Shown: positions 28,722 to 38,485, numbered from the stretch's first letter. The stretch: DNA of 54,580 nucleotides from an uncultured Rhodospirillaceae bacterium (GCA_964587515.1 CAZPMO010000008.1:1-54580), one strand, 5' to 3'. The notes: generated by a model not told the origin, from the sequence alone. Program-made: numbers and translations.

Positions 28722-29006
28722 CTAACCCTTGTCGTTCAGCCGTTCGCGAAGGTCTTTTCCGGCCTTGAAAAAAGGCACGAACTTCTCCGATACATTTACG
28801 GCTTCCCCGGTACGCGGGTTGCGCCCTATGCGGGCATCGCGGCCTTTTACAGAAAATGCCCCGAATCCGCGCAACTCGACCCTGTCGCCGCGCGATAGCG
28901 CGCCCGAAATCTCCTCGAATATCGTCGATACGATGCGTTCCACATCGCGCAGGTAGAGATGCGGGTTTTTTTCCGCAAGACTTTGAATTAATTCGGATTT
29001 CGTCAT
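28722..29006 (-). CDS. ihfB: integration host factor beta subunit
   Basis: 94 aa. MTKSELI...[22 protein letters not shown] is the classic HU/IHF fold signature. Confidence 0.93.
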   Translation of the reverse strand: MTKSELIQSLAEKNPHLYLRDVERIVSTIFEEISGALSRGDRVELRGFGAFSVKGRDARIGRNPRTGEAVNVSEKFVPFFKAGKDLRERLNDKG

Positions 29007-29129
29007 CCCAAGACGCCCCTAATTTCGTCTCCCCCAGCGTGGTCTTCCATATTTTGTATTTGCCCGCCGAAAGTTCTGAACGACCGGTCGGAGCGGAAAA
29101 CCCGCCAACGGGTGCGTCAATCCAACCCA

Positions 29130-30050
29130 TTAGCGAAGCTGAGGGTGCCAGACGGAAATTAGTCCGTCAAGGGTAAGTCTTTCAGAAAAAACCGTTTTTC
29201 GACCCAAAGATTCGAGATAGCCAAGAAGTTCATCCATCTCGCGCCGCACTTTGACGTCGCGCACCGGAAGACCGTGCGAAATTTTCTTTTGATTTTCGAG
29301 CCAGGCGACCGCCTCGGTCTCGCCGCCAATACCGTCGATCAGCTTGTTCGCGACCGCCTTGCGGCCGGTATAGACGCGTCCGTCGGCCAGCGCCACGGCG
29401 CGGTCGCGGTCGAGAGCGCGGCGCTCCGCGAACATGTCAACGAACATGCGGTGAATGTCATCGACCAGCGACTGCGTGACCTTGCGCGCGTTCGGCGTCA
29501 TGCGTTCGAGCGGAGACGGCGACGCCTTCAGCGGTCCGCTTTTTATCGCTTCCGTGGAAATACCGATTTTTTCGAGCAGGCCCGTTACTTCCGTGGCCTG
29601 GAGGATCACGCCGATCGACCCGGTGATGGTGCCTTCGCGCGCCAGAATATGATCGCCCGCCAGCGCCACCATATAGCCGGCCGAGGCCGCGACCTGGCCC
29701 ATCACCGTGATCACCGGCTTTTTCGCGGCAACCGCGCGGACCGCCGCGTAAAGCGCTTCGCCGCCGACCACCGTGCCGCCGGGGCTGTCGATATGGACGA
29801 TCAGGGCGCGGGCGCGGTTATCATCGCGCACCCGCTGAAGCGCGGCGCGGCGCCGGTCGTCATCGACGATGATGCCCTTCACGTTCAGCCGCGCGATATA
29901 GCCCGACTCGCCGAACCCCTCGAAACCGGCGAACCTGCCGACCGTGGTTCCAACCACGGCGACCAGCGCGATGATGGCGAGGGTGCGCCACAGCGCCAGC
30001 CCCCGTTTAAGCCGCTTTCGGTCAATCAGATAATCGGCGTCGAGCGCCAT
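29130..30050 (-). CDS. sppA: signal peptide peptidase SppA (36K type)
   Basis: 306 aa with an N-terminal TM, IDSPGGTV and the catalytic-Ser region AASAGYM. Confidence 0.85.
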   Translation of the reverse strand: MALDADYLIDRKRLKRGLALWRTLAIIALVAVVGTTVGRFAGFEGFGESGYIARLNVKGIIVDDDRRRAALQRVRDDNRARALIVHIDSPGGTVVGGEALYAAVRAVAAKKPVITVMGQVAASAGYMVALAGDHILAREGTITGSIGVILQATEVTGLLEKIGISTEAIKSGPLKASPSPLERMTPNARKVTQSLVDDIHRMFVDMFAERRALDRDRAVALADGRVYTGRKAVANKLIDGIGGETEAVAWLENQKKISHGLPVRDVKVRREMDELLGYLESLGRKTVFSERLTLDGLISVWHPQLR

Positions 30051-30097
30051 TCTCTGCCCGCCGGTCGCTTCGGCTTACGCCGTCGCGCCGGTCCCGT

Positions 30098-31936
30098 TCA
30101 GGAGGTCTCGGTTTCGTCGTCCGAAGATGTTTCGCCTTCGTCGTCCGAAGATGGTTCTGCTTCATCTTCCGAAGATGTCTCGCCCCCGTCTTCCGATGAA
30201 GGCTCCTCGGATTCGGCCTCGCGTTCCTCGTTGGCCCTGGAAATCGCCGCGCCCAGGATATCGCCGAGGCTCGCTCCCGAATCGGACGATCCGTAATCGG
30301 CCATTGCCTGTTTCTCTTCCTCGGCCTCCTGAGCCTTGATCGAGAGCGTAAGCTTGCGGTCCTTGCGATCGACGTTGGTGACCCGCGCGTCGAGGCGGTC
30401 GCCGACATTGTAACGATCGGGCCGCTGCTCGGAACGTTCGCGCGACAGATCGGAACGACGGATGAAGCCCGGCACTTCGCCGCCAACGGTGACCTCCAGC
30501 CCGTTTTCCACCACCTTGGCGACGGTGCATGTCACAGTTTCTCTGCGCTTGATGCCGGCCATGGTGCTTTCGAACGGATCCTCGGAGAGCTGCTTGATGC
30601 CGAGCGAGATGCGTTCCTTTTCGGGATCGACATCGAGGACTTTGACTTTGACCATTTGGCCCTTGTCGTAGTTCTTCACGGCATCGTCGCCGGATTGCGC
30701 CCAATCGATATCGGAAAGATGGACCATGCCGTCGATTTCGCCGTCGAGGCCGACAAACAGTCCAAACTCGGTGATGTTCTTGATCTCACCCTCGATTTCG
30801 CTGCCGACGATATATTTGTCCAGGAAGGATTGCCATGGATTATCGACGCACTGTTTGAGGCCGAGGCTGATCCGCCGCTTCACGGGGTCAACCTCGAGGA
30901 CCATGACCTCGACTTCCTGGCTGGTCGAAACGATCTTGCCGGGATGGATGTTTTTCTTGGTCCAGCTCATCTCGGAAACGTGGACCAACCCTTCTACGCC
31001 GGGCTCCAATTCCACGAAGGCGCCGTAATCGGTGATGTTGCTGACACGACCGGTAAACTTGGTGCCCACCGGGTATTTCAGCTCGACGCCTTCCCATGGG
31101 TCGGCCTCAAGCTGCTTCATACCGAGCGAAATCCGCTGGGTCTCCGGATTATAACGGATCACCTGGACATTGACGGTCTGGCCGATCGACAGCGCCTCGG
31201 TTGGATGGTTGATGCGCCGCCATGCGATATCCGTAACGTGAAGCAGACCGTCGACGCCGCCGAGATCGACGAAAGCGCCGTAGTCGGTGATGTTCTTCAC
31301 CACGCCCTCGAGAACCTGACGTTCCTTGAGGTTGGCGAGAAGCTCGTTACGCGCCTCGGCCCGCGATTCTTCGAGGACGGCGCGGCGTGAAACCACGATA
31401 TTGCCGCGACGACGATCCATCTTGAGGATCTGGAAAGGCTGTGGCGTGCCCATCAGCGGGCCGACGTCGCGCACCGGTCGCACGTCGACCTGGCTGCCGG
31501 GCAGGAATGCGACGGCGCCCGAAAGGTCGACCGTGAAACCGCCCTTGACGCGGCCGAAGATGTTGCCGGTGACGCGTTCATTGTCATTGAACGCTTTTTC
31601 AAGCTGTGACCAGGCTTCCTCGCGTCGGGCGCGGTCACGGCTCAGGACGGCCTCGCCGTTCCTGTCTTCCATTCGCTCCAGATAGACGTCGACCTTATCG
31701 CCAACCTTGATCTCCGGCTCCTGACCGGGGGTGCTGAATTCCTTCAGGGCGACGCGCCCCTCGGACTTCAATCCGACGTCGATCAGCACGCTATCGCCCT
31801 CGACGGCAATGACCGTGCCCTTGACGACGGAGCCTTCTTTAAGCTCGCCCTCGCGGAAGGTTTCTTCGAGCAGGGCAGCAAAATTTTCGCCGCTCATCAT
31901 GCTCTCTTCTGCCGGCATCGCGGTTTCATTCGACAT
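30098..31936 (-). CDS. rpsA: 30S ribosomal protein S1 with a repeated acidic Ser-rich C-terminal tail
   Basis: 612 aa with six S1 domains (GxVxxITDYGAFVxL repeats). The tail is EEPSSEDGGETSSEDEAEPSSDDEGETSSDDETETS. Confidence 0.95.
   Translation of the reverse strand: MSNETAMPAEESMMSGENFAALLEETFREGELKEGSVVKGTVIAVEGDSVLIDVGLKSEGRVALKEFSTPGQEPEIKVGDKVDVYLERMEDRNGEAVLSRDRARREEAWSQLEKAFNDNERVTGNIFGRVKGGFTVDLSGAVAFLPGSQVDVRPVRDVGPLMGTPQPFQILKMDRRRGNIVVSRRAVLEESRAEARNELLANLKERQVLEGVVKNITDYGAFVDLGGVDGLLHVTDIAWRRINHPTEALSIGQTVNVQVIRYNPETQRISLGMKQLEADPWEGVELKYPVGTKFTGRVSNITDYGAFVELEPGVEGLVHVSEMSWTKKNIHPGKIVSTSQEVEVMVLEVDPVKRRISLGLKQCVDNPWQSFLDKYIVGSEIEGEIKNITEFGLFVGLDGEIDGMVHLSDIDWAQSGDDAVKNYDKGQMVKVKVLDVDPEKERISLGIKQLSEDPFESTMAGIKRRETVTCTVAKVVENGLEVTVGGEVPGFIRRSDLSRERSEQRPDRYNVGDRLDARVTNVDRKDRKLTLSIKAQEAEEEKQAMADYGSSDSGASLGDILGAAISRANEEREAESEEPSSEDGGETSSEDEAEPSSDDEGETSSDDETETS
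30114..30209. repeat. four tandem 24-bp units inside the rpsA 3' end
   Basis: Units start at 30114, 30138, 30162 and 30186, for example tcgtcgtccgaagatgtttcgcct then tcgtcgtccgaagatggttctgct. Each encodes an 8-aa x-E-[PT]-S-S-[ED]-D-x unit. Confidence 0.85.
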
Positions 31937-32028
31937 TCAAGCTATCCAGTCCTGTTCCTCTTCAAACACATCGTATCGCCGAACACTCGGCGTTGCGTCG
32001 ATAAGGCAATCATGCCCTCCGCCGACGA

Positions 32029-32697
32029 TCACGCCTTGTCAGACTTGTTCTGCGATGTAATGAAAGCGACCGCCAAGTCAAACACAGAATCCGCGTCCAG
32101 CGTCGTTGTATCGAGCTGGTACGCGTCTTCGGCGGGGACCAGCGGCGCGATCGAACGGTTCCTGTCCCGGGCGTCGCGCTCTTCCATGTCCCGCAGAACG
32201 CGCGAATATATACTCTCAACACCTCGTTCCTGCAACTCCTTAAGCCTGCGGCGGGCGCGCACCTCCACACTGGCTTCGACGAAGATTTTGCAGCGCGCCT
32301 CCGGACAAATGACGGTGCCGATGTCACGCCCGTCGAGCACCGCGCCCGGCGCACCGCCCGGCGGCTTGGCGGCGAAGCTTCGCTGAAAGCCGACCAGCGC
32401 GGCCCGCACGTCCGCGTTGGCGGCCACGATGCCGGCGGCGTTGGCGACCCGGTCTTCGCGTAATTCGTCGGCTCCCATGTCCGCCTCGGTCAGGTTGTTA
32501 GCCGCCTCGACGGCCGCATCCCCATCCTCGGGGTCGGTCCCGGCGCGCAGCAGCTGCCAGGCCACCGCCCGATAGAGCAGCCCGCTGTCGAGATAGGCAT
32601 ATCCGAAATGCGCCGCGAGCCGCCGCCCCAGCGTGCCCTTGCCGCTCGCGGCGGGACCGTCGAGGGCGACGATGACGGGTTTTTCCGCGCCGGGCAT
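32029..32697 (-). CDS. cmk: (d)CMP kinase
   Basis: 222 aa with the P-loop LDGPAASGKGTLGRRLA. It abuts the aroA stop. Confidence 0.9.
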   Translation of the reverse strand: MPGAEKPVIVALDGPAASGKGTLGRRLAAHFGYAYLDSGLLYRAVAWQLLRAGTDPEDGDAAVEAANNLTEADMGADELREDRVANAAGIVAANADVRAALVGFQRSFAAKPPGGAPGAVLDGRDIGTVICPEARCKIFVEASVEVRARRRLKELQERGVESIYSRVLRDMEERDARDRNRSIAPLVPAEDAYQLDTTTLDADSVFDLAVAFITSQNKSDKA

Positions 32698-34077
32698 TTA
32701 ACGCCCGATCCTTGCGCCGAGCCCGTTCATCAACGCCGTAAACCCCGGAAAGCTGGTCGCGATCGCATCGGCGTCATCGATCTCCACCGGTTGCGGCGCG
32801 GCAAGTCCCAGCACCAGGAAGGCCATGGCGATGCGGTGATCCATGCGCGCCTCGATTCGCCCGCCGCCCGGCACCGCTCCCGCCAGACCCTCCACCGCCA
32901 GCGTGTCGCCGTCGATCCCGGCGCGCACGCCGCAGGCAGCCAGCCCGTCGGCGATCGCGGCGAGCCGGTCGCTTTCCTTGACCCTGAGTTCGGCGAGCCC
33001 ATGCATGCGCGTGGTGCCGCTTGCGAACGCGGCGGCAACAGCGAGAACCGGATATTCATCGATCATCGAAGGCGCGCGCGCCGCCGGCACATCGATCGCC
33101 TTCATCGATCCCGGCTCGCCGCCGTGAAAAGTGAGATCCGCCATCGCGTCGCCACCGTCCGCGCCCGGGTTGCCGGAAATCCGGATATCGGCGCCCATTT
33201 CACGCAATGTCGCGAACAGCCCGGCGCGCAACGGGTTCATACAGACCCCCTTTACGGTGACCTCCGATCCCGGCACCAGCAACGCGGCGACGCCGGGGAA
33301 TGCGGCCGATGACGGATCGCCGGGCACCGCGACCGCGCATGCTTCGAGTTCCGGCTGCCCGGTCAGCGCGATCGTGCGCGTACCATCACCCGACTCGGCG
33401 ATGTCGATCTCGGCACCGAACTGGCGGAGCATCAGTTCGGTATGATCGCGGGTCGGCTTGGGTTCGATTACCGTGGTTCGACCGGGCGCGTTGAGGCCGG
33501 CCAGCAGCACCGCCGATTTCACCTGGGCCGAGGCGACCGGCGGCTGATAGGTGATGGGCAGTGGATCGGCGGCGCCGATGACGGCGAGCGGCATGCGACC
33601 GCCCGAGCGCGCCATTACCCGGGCGCCCATGCGTTCGATCGGCTCGGCGACGCGCCCCATTGGTCGGCTGCACAGCGAGGCGTCTCCGGTCAGGTGGCTG
33701 GTAAAGGGGTGGGTTGCGAGCATGCCCATCAACAGGCGCGCGCCGGTCCCCGAATTGCCGAAATCGAGAACTTCGTCCGGCTCGGCGAGGCCGCCGACCC
33801 CGACGCCACGGATCCGCCAGGCGCCGTCCTCGCTTTTTCCGTCGCGCTCGATGGTGGCGCCGAGGGCGCGCAGCACCGCCGCCGTGCGCATCACGTCCTC
33901 GCCGCTCGACAGCCCCGTCACCCGGGTCTCGCCGACGGCGAGGGCGCCGATCATCAACGCCCGGTGCGATATTGATTTATCGCCGGGAACCCGAACCTCG
34001 CCTTGCAGGCGATCCGCGGTTCCGGAGCCGAGCCCGTTCACTGTTTCCTCCTTATGCCGATGGCCGTGAACGGCCAT
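32698..34077 (-). CDS. aroA: 3-phosphoshikimate 1-carboxyvinyltransferase (EPSP synthase)
   Basis: 459 aa with [13 protein letters not shown] and the [17 protein letters not shown] motif ([14 protein letters not shown]). Confidence 0.93.
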   Translation of the reverse strand: MAVHGHRHKEETVNGLGSGTADRLQGEVRVPGDKSISHRALMIGALAVGETRVTGLSSGEDVMRTAAVLRALGATIERDGKSEDGAWRIRGVGVGGLAEPDEVLDFGNSGTGARLLMGMLATHPFTSHLTGDASLCSRPMGRVAEPIERMGARVMARSGGRMPLAVIGAADPLPITYQPPVASAQVKSAVLLAGLNAPGRTTVIEPKPTRDHTELMLRQFGAEIDIAESGDGTRTIALTGQPELEACAVAVPGDPSSAAFPGVAALLVPGSEVTVKGVCMNPLRAGLFATLREMGADIRISGNPGADGGDAMADLTFHGGEPGSMKAIDVPAARAPSMIDEYPVLAVAAAFASGTTRMHGLAELRVKESDRLAAIADGLAACGVRAGIDGDTLAVEGLAGAVPGGGRIEARMDHRIAMAFLVLGLAAPQPVEIDDADAIATSFPGFTALMNGLGARIGR

Positions 34078-34234
34078 TCCACACGGGAATAATGTCCAAG
34101 CCGTGCACTAACACAAGCCCGCCGTGAGGGAAATGGCTGAACCGGAATTCCTTCGCCATGCATTTTGCTTTGACAGGGGCACATGAAAATGGCATTGGCT
34201 GGCGCGAATGTGAGATTTCGTTCTGGAGGATATC

Positions 34235-34660
34235 TTGGCAAAGCCCGAATGGGGATTGAAACGCATGTGTCTGGGTTGCGGGGCGCGGTTCTACGATATG
34301 ACCCGCGATCCTATTGTATGCCCCAAATGTGAGGCCGTATTCGACCCGCTTGCGTTGTTGAAACCCCGACGTAGCCGAGCGGCCGCCTCGACCGCCGCCG
34401 CCGCGGCGGCAGCCACGGAAGCCGCCGCCGAGAAAGTTGCCGCCGAGAAAGCCGCCGCCGAGAAAGCCGACCCTGCCGATGGCGCGGCCGCCGGCGAAAC
34501 GACTAATGACGATCTGCTGATCGAAGGTGAAGATGGCGATAGCGATCTCGACGACGACGATGATGACACCCTGATCGAGGATGCCTCGGAATTGGGCGAG
34601 GATGACGATGTTTCCGAAGTCATTGAAGGCGTCGAGCCGGCCAAGAGCGAGGAGCCGTAA
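34235..34660 (+). CDS. TIGR02300-type (FYDLN_acid) zinc-ribbon protein with an acidic tail
   Basis: CLGCGARFYDMTRDPIVCPKCEAVF followed by Ala-rich then Asp/Glu-rich sequence. TTG start after a ggagga RBS. Confidence 0.75.
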   Translation: MAKPEWGLKRMCLGCGARFYDMTRDPIVCPKCEAVFDPLALLKPRRSRAAASTAAAAAAATEAAAEKVAAEKAAAEKADPADGAAAGETTNDDLLIEGEDGDSDLDDDDDDTLIEDASELGEDDDVSEVIEGVEPAKSEEP

Positions 34661-34734
34661 GCGCCATTGAACCTTGTCGCGCGGCCTCCCACATAGGGTC
34701 GGTTGTTTGGGGTTGCGGGCGACCGGGGGCTTTC

Positions 34735-34790
34735 AGTAGTTTGAGGCCGCCAACGGCCGGATAAGTAGTTTGAGGCCGCCGGCGGCCAGG
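34735..34790. repeat. two tandem ~27-bp direct repeats sharing agtagtttgaggccgcc, each ending in a GC palindrome
   Basis: 34735-34760 is agtagtttgaggccgccaacggccgg and 34764-34790 is agtagtttgaggccgccggcggccagg. Confidence 0.8.
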
Positions 34791-34804
34791 AACGATACAA
34801 TTTC

Positions 34805-34880
<76 letters not shown>

Positions 34881-34885
34881 AATAA

Positions 34886-34921
34886 ATCAAGGACTTAGGA
34901 AAATTCCCCTAAGTCCTTGAT
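34886..34921 (+). terminator. perfect 14-bp stem hairpin downstream of tRNA-Ala
   Basis: atcaaggacttagg / aaaattcc / cctaagtccttgat, followed by tgcgtttcgg. Confidence 0.6.
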
Positions 34922-34987
34922 TGCGTTTCGGCAACCCGGCTCGGGTGGAGACCGGCGTTGCCCGGCCCCCTACCCGTGATCGCCGCG

Positions 34988-35620
34988 CTATTTGTGATGC
35001 GCGCTTTTGTGGTGCTTGCAGGTGACGCTTTGCGAAAACGGCATGAGCTGGTGTTTCGGATTCGCCATCTTCTTGAAATAAACATGCTGATCATGGTGGG
35101 GCTCGAACCCGTGCGCCTCGTCATTCGGCGTGCTGGTGTTATCGGCCATGGTGTCCCAGACCCGTCCGGCGAAAATCGGCGGCGCTGAATTTCCGGCTTT
35201 GTGCCAGGCATGCAGGAACACCAGATTTTCGACGCCGCGCAGCACCAGCGACCCGTCCGCCTGCGGCTCATAAAGCAGAATGGCGGGATTCATGAAATCG
35301 GTATGGGTGCTCTCGCCACTGACGCGCGGTTTGCCCTGGGTGATCTTCAGCATCTTGGGATTGATGTAGTGGAGCCCCATGGCGCCCAAGTGCGCCGGCA
35401 ACCCCTCATGGGCGGCGGACACGCATTCGCCCGGCGGCGGCAGAACGTAGCCCTCGGCCTTGGCGACTTTTATGTCGTTGAATCTCATGGTTGCTTGCCG
35501 AACCTTTTCGATTTCGGCGGCGACATCCTGCGCCTGAACAGCGCTCGTGGACAGCGCCAGTGTGGCAAGGACCGCGGCGGCGACGGTGACGCGGATCGTG
35601 CGAAGATTTTTCGAAAGCAT
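34988..35620 (-). CDS. hypothetical secreted protein with a His/Lys-rich C-terminus
   Basis: 210 aa with the signal peptide MLSKNLRTIRVTVAAAVLATLALSTSAVQAQ. I recognise no family. Confidence 0.55.
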   Translation of the reverse strand: MLSKNLRTIRVTVAAAVLATLALSTSAVQAQDVAAEIEKVRQATMRFNDIKVAKAEGYVLPPPGECVSAAHEGLPAHLGAMGLHYINPKMLKITQGKPRVSGESTHTDFMNPAILLYEPQADGSLVLRGVENLVFLHAWHKAGNSAPPIFAGRVWDTMADNTSTPNDEAHGFEPHHDQHVYFKKMANPKHQLMPFSQSVTCKHHKSAHHK

Positions 35621-35794
35621 TTTCTCTCCCCCTGTTCGGGCCGGTCCGACAGCAGGTCCGACACCCCTGATGTTTGGCCATGTTACACACGACTTTAATG
35701 CGCGGGCAAATAAAACGGCTCAAAGCGGGCCGTTCGCGCCTTTTCGTGCCGGCGGGCCCGCGATACAATCATCCGTCCAACGAAGGGATGCTGA

Positions 35795-36826
35795 ATGAGT
35801 TTCGCGCGCGAATGCTGGTATGTGGCGTGCTGGGCCGATGATCTTGGCGCGGTGCCGAAGGGCTGGATATTTTTGGGCGAGCCGGTAGTGCTTTACCGCC
35901 GCGCCGATGGCGCGCCGGTCGCGCTGGAAGATCGCTGCTGTCACCGATCCCTGCCGCTTTCCATGGGGATGGTGGAGGGCGACCATATCCGGTGCGGCTA
36001 TCACGGGCTGAAGTTCGATTCCTCGGGCGCCTGTATCGAGGTTCCGGGCCAATCGGCGGTGCCGCCCGAGGCGGTCATCCGGTCCTACGCGGTGGCGGAA
36101 AAATGGGGCGCGGTGTGGATTTGGATGGGGCGGCCGGACACGGCGGACGCCGCTAAGATTCCCAATGTGTTCTGGCTCGACGATCCCGGTTGGACGCCGG
36201 CTTCGGGCGAACTCAGGGTCGAGGCCAATTATCAGCTTCTGATCGACAATCTGATGGACGTCACCCATGTCAGCTATCTGCACCGCGGCACGCTGGCCGG
36301 CGACGATATCGAGGCGGTTACGCCGGTGACCACCCGGCGCGAGGGCGACGGCGTTACGGTCGGGCGCTGGATCCTGAATGTCAGCGCGCCGCCCCTCTAT
36401 ACCGAGGCGAGCGCTATTACGGGCGCCGTGGATCGTTGGCAGTTGATCACCTGGGAGGCGCCGTCGCAGGTTTATTTCGACATCGGTTGCGCCACCGCCG
36501 GCACCGGCGCGCCCGAGGGCGATCGCTCCCAAGGCGTCTCCATGTGGTCGACCCATCTGGTGACGCCGGAGACCGAGACGACCACCCATTACCGGTTCAG
36601 CTTCGTCCGCGATTTCAAGCTCGACGACCCGGCGGTGACGAAAATTCTCAGTGACGGCGCGCGGGCGGCGTTTCTCGAGGATGTCGAGGTGCTGGAAGCG
36701 CAGCAGCGCGCGATCGAGAAAAGGGGCGCGCGACCCACGATTGAAATCAATACCGATAACGCACGGCTTCAGGTAAGGCGGATCGTCAACGATATGATTG
36801 ATGCGGAGAATTCCGCAGCGTCCTGA
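35795..36826 (+). CDS. Rieske [2Fe-2S] aromatic-ring-hydroxylating / O-demethylating oxygenase alpha subunit (VanA-like)
   Basis: Rieske motif CCHRSLPLSMGMVEGDHIRCGYHG and non-heme iron motif NLMDVTHVSYLH. Length of 343 aa fits. Confidence 0.85.
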   Translation: MSFARECWYVACWADDLGAVPKGWIFLGEPVVLYRRADGAPVALEDRCCHRSLPLSMGMVEGDHIRCGYHGLKFDSSGACIEVPGQSAVPPEAVIRSYAVAEKWGAVWIWMGRPDTADAAKIPNVFWLDDPGWTPASGELRVEANYQLLIDNLMDVTHVSYLHRGTLAGDDIEAVTPVTTRREGDGVTVGRWILNVSAPPLYTEASAITGAVDRWQLITWEAPSQVYFDIGCATAGTGAPEGDRSQGVSMWSTHLVTPETETTTHYRFSFVRDFKLDDPAVTKILSDGARAAFLEDVEVLEAQQRAIEKRGARPTIEINTDNARLQVRRIVNDMIDAENSAAS

Positions 36827-36990
36827 AATAATTATATAAAAATAATTTTAAATACTAAATTCTATTTGTCAATACTTCCCATTTTCAAATAATATTGTGT
36901 TAAATGCTGTATTTTATTTAACATCATATTAATTTTTACTTCCCATATTGGCGTCAAATCTAAAACGTGTGGCATTTATATTGCCGCATT
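36827..36990. promoter_or_regulatory. extreme AT-rich tract upstream of the ParA-like cassette (promoter, centromere-like site or silencer target, unresolved)
   Basis: My hand count is 26 G+C in 134 nt (36827-36960). tacttcccat occurs twice (36873, 36937). A hairpin gttaaat...atttaac lies at 36899-36922. Confidence 0.5.
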
Positions 36991-37011
36991 GCCAGGGAAG
37001 GAGATGGGGCC

Positions 37012-37740
37012 ATGAAAATCATCGTGATTGCCTCGCAAAAGGGTGGCACCGGCAAAACCACGCTGTCGGGGCATATTGCGGTCCAGGCCGAGCGGGCCGG
37101 CGCGGGTCCGGTCGCGCTGATCGATACCGATCCGCAGGGAAGTCTCGCGCAATGGTGGAACGCGCGCGAGGCGCAGACCCCTGTTTTCGTCCAGACGGCC
37201 ATATCGTCGCTCGCGAACGATCTCGCCGAATTACGCGTGGCCGGCGTCGAGTTGGTAATTATCGATACGCCGCCGGCGATAACCTCGGCGATTACCGAGG
37301 TCGTCAAAATCGCCGGCCTGGTGATCATCCCGGTGCGGCCCAGCCCGCACGATCTCGCCGCGGCCGGCGTCACCGTCGATCTTGTCGAGTGTCTCGAAAA
37401 GCCGTTGGTTTTCGTCGTCAACGGCGCTTCCCCTCGCGCGCGGATTACCGGCCAGGCCGCGATCGCGCTATCGCAGCATGGCACCGTGGCCGTGACGGTG
37501 GTGCATCAACGCACCGAGTTCGCATCGTCCATGATCGATGGCCGCACGGTGATGGAATTACAGGGCGCGCACCGCTCGACCGAGGAGATCGAAAGCCTGT
37601 GGGACTATATCCAGGCGCGCCTCGCGCGGACCCCGGACTTCGCCGCGCAATCGGCCCAACTCACCGGGCCAGTTCCCGTCGAGGGGCCCGGCGACCGGAT
37701 CGAACGCGCCCTCAAATCTACCCAAAGGATGGTCGGATGA
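37012..37740 (+). CDS. ParA/MinD-superfamily ATPase (small ParA/ParF-like); no ParB adjacent
   Basis: MKIIVIASQKGGTGKTTLSGH is a deviant Walker A with the signature Lys, plus LIDTDPQGS and IIDTPP motifs. The RBS ggaaggag precedes the ATG at 37012. Confidence 0.85.
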   Translation: MKIIVIASQKGGTGKTTLSGHIAVQAERAGAGPVALIDTDPQGSLAQWWNAREAQTPVFVQTAISSLANDLAELRVAGVELVIIDTPPAITSAITEVVKIAGLVIIPVRPSPHDLAAAGVTVDLVECLEKPLVFVVNGASPRARITGQAAIALSQHGTVAVTVVHQRTEFASSMIDGRTVMELQGAHRSTEEIESLWDYIQARLARTPDFAAQSAQLTGPVPVEGPGDRIERALKSTQRMVG

Positions 37741-38102
37741 GCAGCAATGGCGCCGCGGCGTTGACGAGTTCCCTGATTCCCAGAAAGGGAACCGCGGAAC
37801 CCGCCGGTTACATAGGACCCAGGATCGCGCCGGCGTCGCAATCGCGCCCATCCGAAAATCCTGGCCCGCGCTTAAACAAGGCGACAGGGCGGTCCGAAAT
37901 CGAGGGCGAACGGGCCCGGATCACCTTGCGTCTGGACCCGGAGCGCCATCTCCGGCTCAAGCTGGCCGCGGCCCACATGCAGCGTAACCTGCAGGATCTG
38001 GTGACCGAGGCGCTTGATCTCTATCTCGACGCGGTTGGGCCGGACTTCCTGGAGGGACGCTGCGCCTGTCTCGACAACCATCCCGACAATAAAAACCGCT
38101 GA
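37737..38102 (+). CDS. small protein with a low-complexity N-terminal half and a predicted ribbon-helix-helix C-terminal half
   Basis: ATGA overlap with the parA-like stop. ARITLRLDPERHLRLKLAAAHMQRNLQDLVTEALDLYL reads as a strand-helix-helix (CopG/ParG-like) pattern. Confidence 0.6.
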   Translation: MSSNGAAALTSSLIPRKGTAEPAGYIGPRIAPASQSRPSENPGPRLNKATGRSEIEGERARITLRLDPERHLRLKLAAAHMQRNLQDLVTEALDLYLDAVGPDFLEGRCACLDNHPDNKNR

Positions 38103-38125
38103 CCAATATTCCGGGGGCCATCCCT

Positions 38126-38485
38126 ATGACTTCCGCGCTTAAAAACGCTGCTCCGGCGGATCTCGCGACGCCGACCAACCCGCCCAGCCCGCCCGACAAA
38201 AAACCGGAGGCGGCGCTCACTGCTGAATTCGTGCAGCGAGGCAGGGACCGCGCGCCCTCGAAGGTCAAACGCCCCGAGGATGTGCAGTCCGCGCCGACCA
38301 CGTCGACAGCGCTGGCTGCGCCTCCTACCGGCGAAATGGCCGAGGCTGCCGGTCCACGCTCCTGGTGGAGTGGCGTCGCGGTGTTCCTGATCGTGTTCGT
38401 CGTCGGTTTCGCGGCGACGCTGCTTCTTCTCGGCGTCATTCCCGATCTTACCGATTTCGTTCTCGGCATCCCGCCGAAACCCTGA
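38126..38485 (+). CDS. Pro/Ala-rich protein with a single C-terminal transmembrane helix (tail-anchored topology)
   Basis: 119 aa, same strand, 23 nt after the previous stop. The TM helix is WWSGVAVFLIVFVVGFAATLLLLGVI near the C-terminus. Confidence 0.5.
   Translation: MTSALKNAAPADLATPTNPPSPPDKKPEAALTAEFVQRGRDRAPSKVKRPEDVQSAPTTSTALAAPPTGEMAEAAGPRSWWSGVAVFLIVFVVGFAATLLLLGVIPDLTDFVLGIPPKP

Noticed and set aside
30114-30209. 24-bp tandem repeats as a possible CRISPR-like or minisatellite locus
   Set aside because: The units are contiguous with no spacers and lie in frame inside rpsA, so this is a coding tandem repeat. No CRISPR array exists in the window.
34421-34468. 15-bp tandem repeats gccgccgagaaag(tt/cc)
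   Set aside because: This is ordinary low-complexity coding (AAEKV/AAEKA) within the TIGR02300 protein linker and is not an independent element.
36827-36990. AT-rich tract as a plasmid-type origin (DnaA boxes / iterons)
   Set aside because: I see only a poor DnaA-box-like tgtggcattt and a two-copy 10-mer. There is no rep gene and no clear iteron array.
36948-38102. A 384-aa ORF spanning the parA-like gene in another frame
   Set aside because: Only its last 121 codons (from the ATG at 37737, overlapping the parA-like stop) look like a gene. The upstream part is an Arg/Gly-rich read-through over the ParA coding frame.
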